A stretch of 63,812 nucleotides of DNA, the filler included, from Octopus bimaculoides (Eukaryota), in the NCBI RefSeq assembly GCF_001194135.2. It is 7 parts of 7 records of this genome, joined end to end, with 100 filler letters (N's around TTAATTAATTAA, not from the genome) between each part and the next. Parts side by side here need not be neighbours in the genome. Positions count along the whole stretch, not along the records: positions 61,779 to 63,812 come from NC_068982.1; 6 more parts are not named here. The stretch is one strand, 5' to 3'. The notes under the pieces are model-generated. The model was not told the origin of the DNA and made no database searches. It worked only from the letters and a program-made list of their open reading frames with translations. Below, piece after piece: positions 62,696 to 63,812 of the stretch; positions within the stretch are counted from its first letter, which is position 1, and the number at the start of each line of letters is the position of its first letter. The position numbers and the translations under genes were made by a program.

Positions 62696-63547
62696 AACAT
62701 ATATGTACGTACATAAATGTGTACAATATACATATTTACCTATAAAAATTACATGCATGTATTCACACACGTAAGCATACATACACACACATACATGCAT
62801 ATATATATATATATCCATACATATATGCATGCATTCATATATACAAGCATACATGCACATATGCATGCAAGCATACCTACACACATACACACATACATAC
62901 ATACATACACACATCCATCCATACATACATACATACATACATACATACATACATACATACATACATACATACATACATACACATCTGCTTAAAGATTCAG
63001 AAGGCAAAATCAAATATTCCGTTGATATGACAAATGGTTTTGACTTCATTTTCAGAATATTTTTTTCATGTATTGGTTTAGCAGAAATCTAACATTATAC
63101 CAACAGATGTGACTGAACACATCTCCTCAGAAATATTATATGTTTATTGTGTTCATGCTCTTGGAATGAATTCGCCTGTTAAAATCGAAGACAAGATTAT
63201 TCTTCATTTTGCAACAAATGGCATAGCTCGTATAAAATTATTCTCAAGGTAGTAATTTCCTATATCAGCTGTCATCGAATTGTGACACAAGGGACTTCAA
63301 CTCTTGTGAAGTGAAGCATGCTGTAAAAAGAAGGGACGTTACATTTGATGTAGCATAAAATGAAGAGCGTTGTATGTTTCTACAATTGTAATGTCGGTGA
63401 AAGAGCTAAGACCCTCAAACGCAATACAATGCTACTGAGATAGGGAAATGTCGACAAGTTGGCTGTTCCTCATTTTATACCACGCTTTCTCACACAAGCT
63501 TAAATACGTTCTCTGTCTCTCTCACAACTCACACATAAATTCAAATA

Positions 63548-63583
<36 letters not shown>

Positions 63584-63812
63584 AAGTGTAGTATATTGCC
63601 ACTTAAGTGTGGCTGACCCCTAGGGGTGGATGTTACTGTTGCTTTTAGCCCCAGGAGGACATCTCCTCCAGCTGGCTTATCGACACACGACTGTGTCCTG
63701 TTTGCCAAGGGAAGTTATCCCTCTCACCACGATCTGCAGCACGAACGGATCCGGATTTCAGGGTTATTTCCCTTCGTCGGCGTTCGATAGCTACTGACCT
63801 TGGTGAGAGAGA

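Overview
Repeat-rich, intron-rich animal genomic DNA, probably an octopus or related coleoid cephalopod (inferred from SINE/microsatellite content; not verified). Two spliced protein-coding genes are reconstructable with canonical GT-AG sites and consistent phases. (1) TRRAP on +: 18 exons, 11962-32064, covering the FAT, FRB-like and first part of the PI3K-like pseudokinase region; one conserved internal exon is probably hidden in the N-gap 22737-23315. (2) ABCF1/ABC50 on -: 11 exons, 49973-32933, covering the start codon, charged N-terminus and complete first ABC domain. Both 3' ends are missing and converge on an artificial 100-nt N44-TTAATTAATTAA-N44 linker. Six such linkers split the window, so adjacency across them is unproven. 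The rest is TE and microsatellite: R4/Dong-like RLE LINE fragments tied to (TAA)n tracts, a ~0.55-kb TAA-flanked non-coding element, RTE- and CR1-like LINE remnants, a decayed Gypsy integrase, several SINE families, and MITEs (one with TTAA TSD, one with 37-bp TIR and 8-bp TSD). Best leads: a (TAA)n-targeted retroelement system with a possible non-autonomous passenger, an AA/AG splice-acceptor anomaly in TRRAP, a SINE-head-derived minisatellite, and several intronic fold-back structures that could be ADAR substrates. No CRISPR, rRNA or bona fide tRNA gene was seen. Family assignments come from remembered motifs, not database searches.
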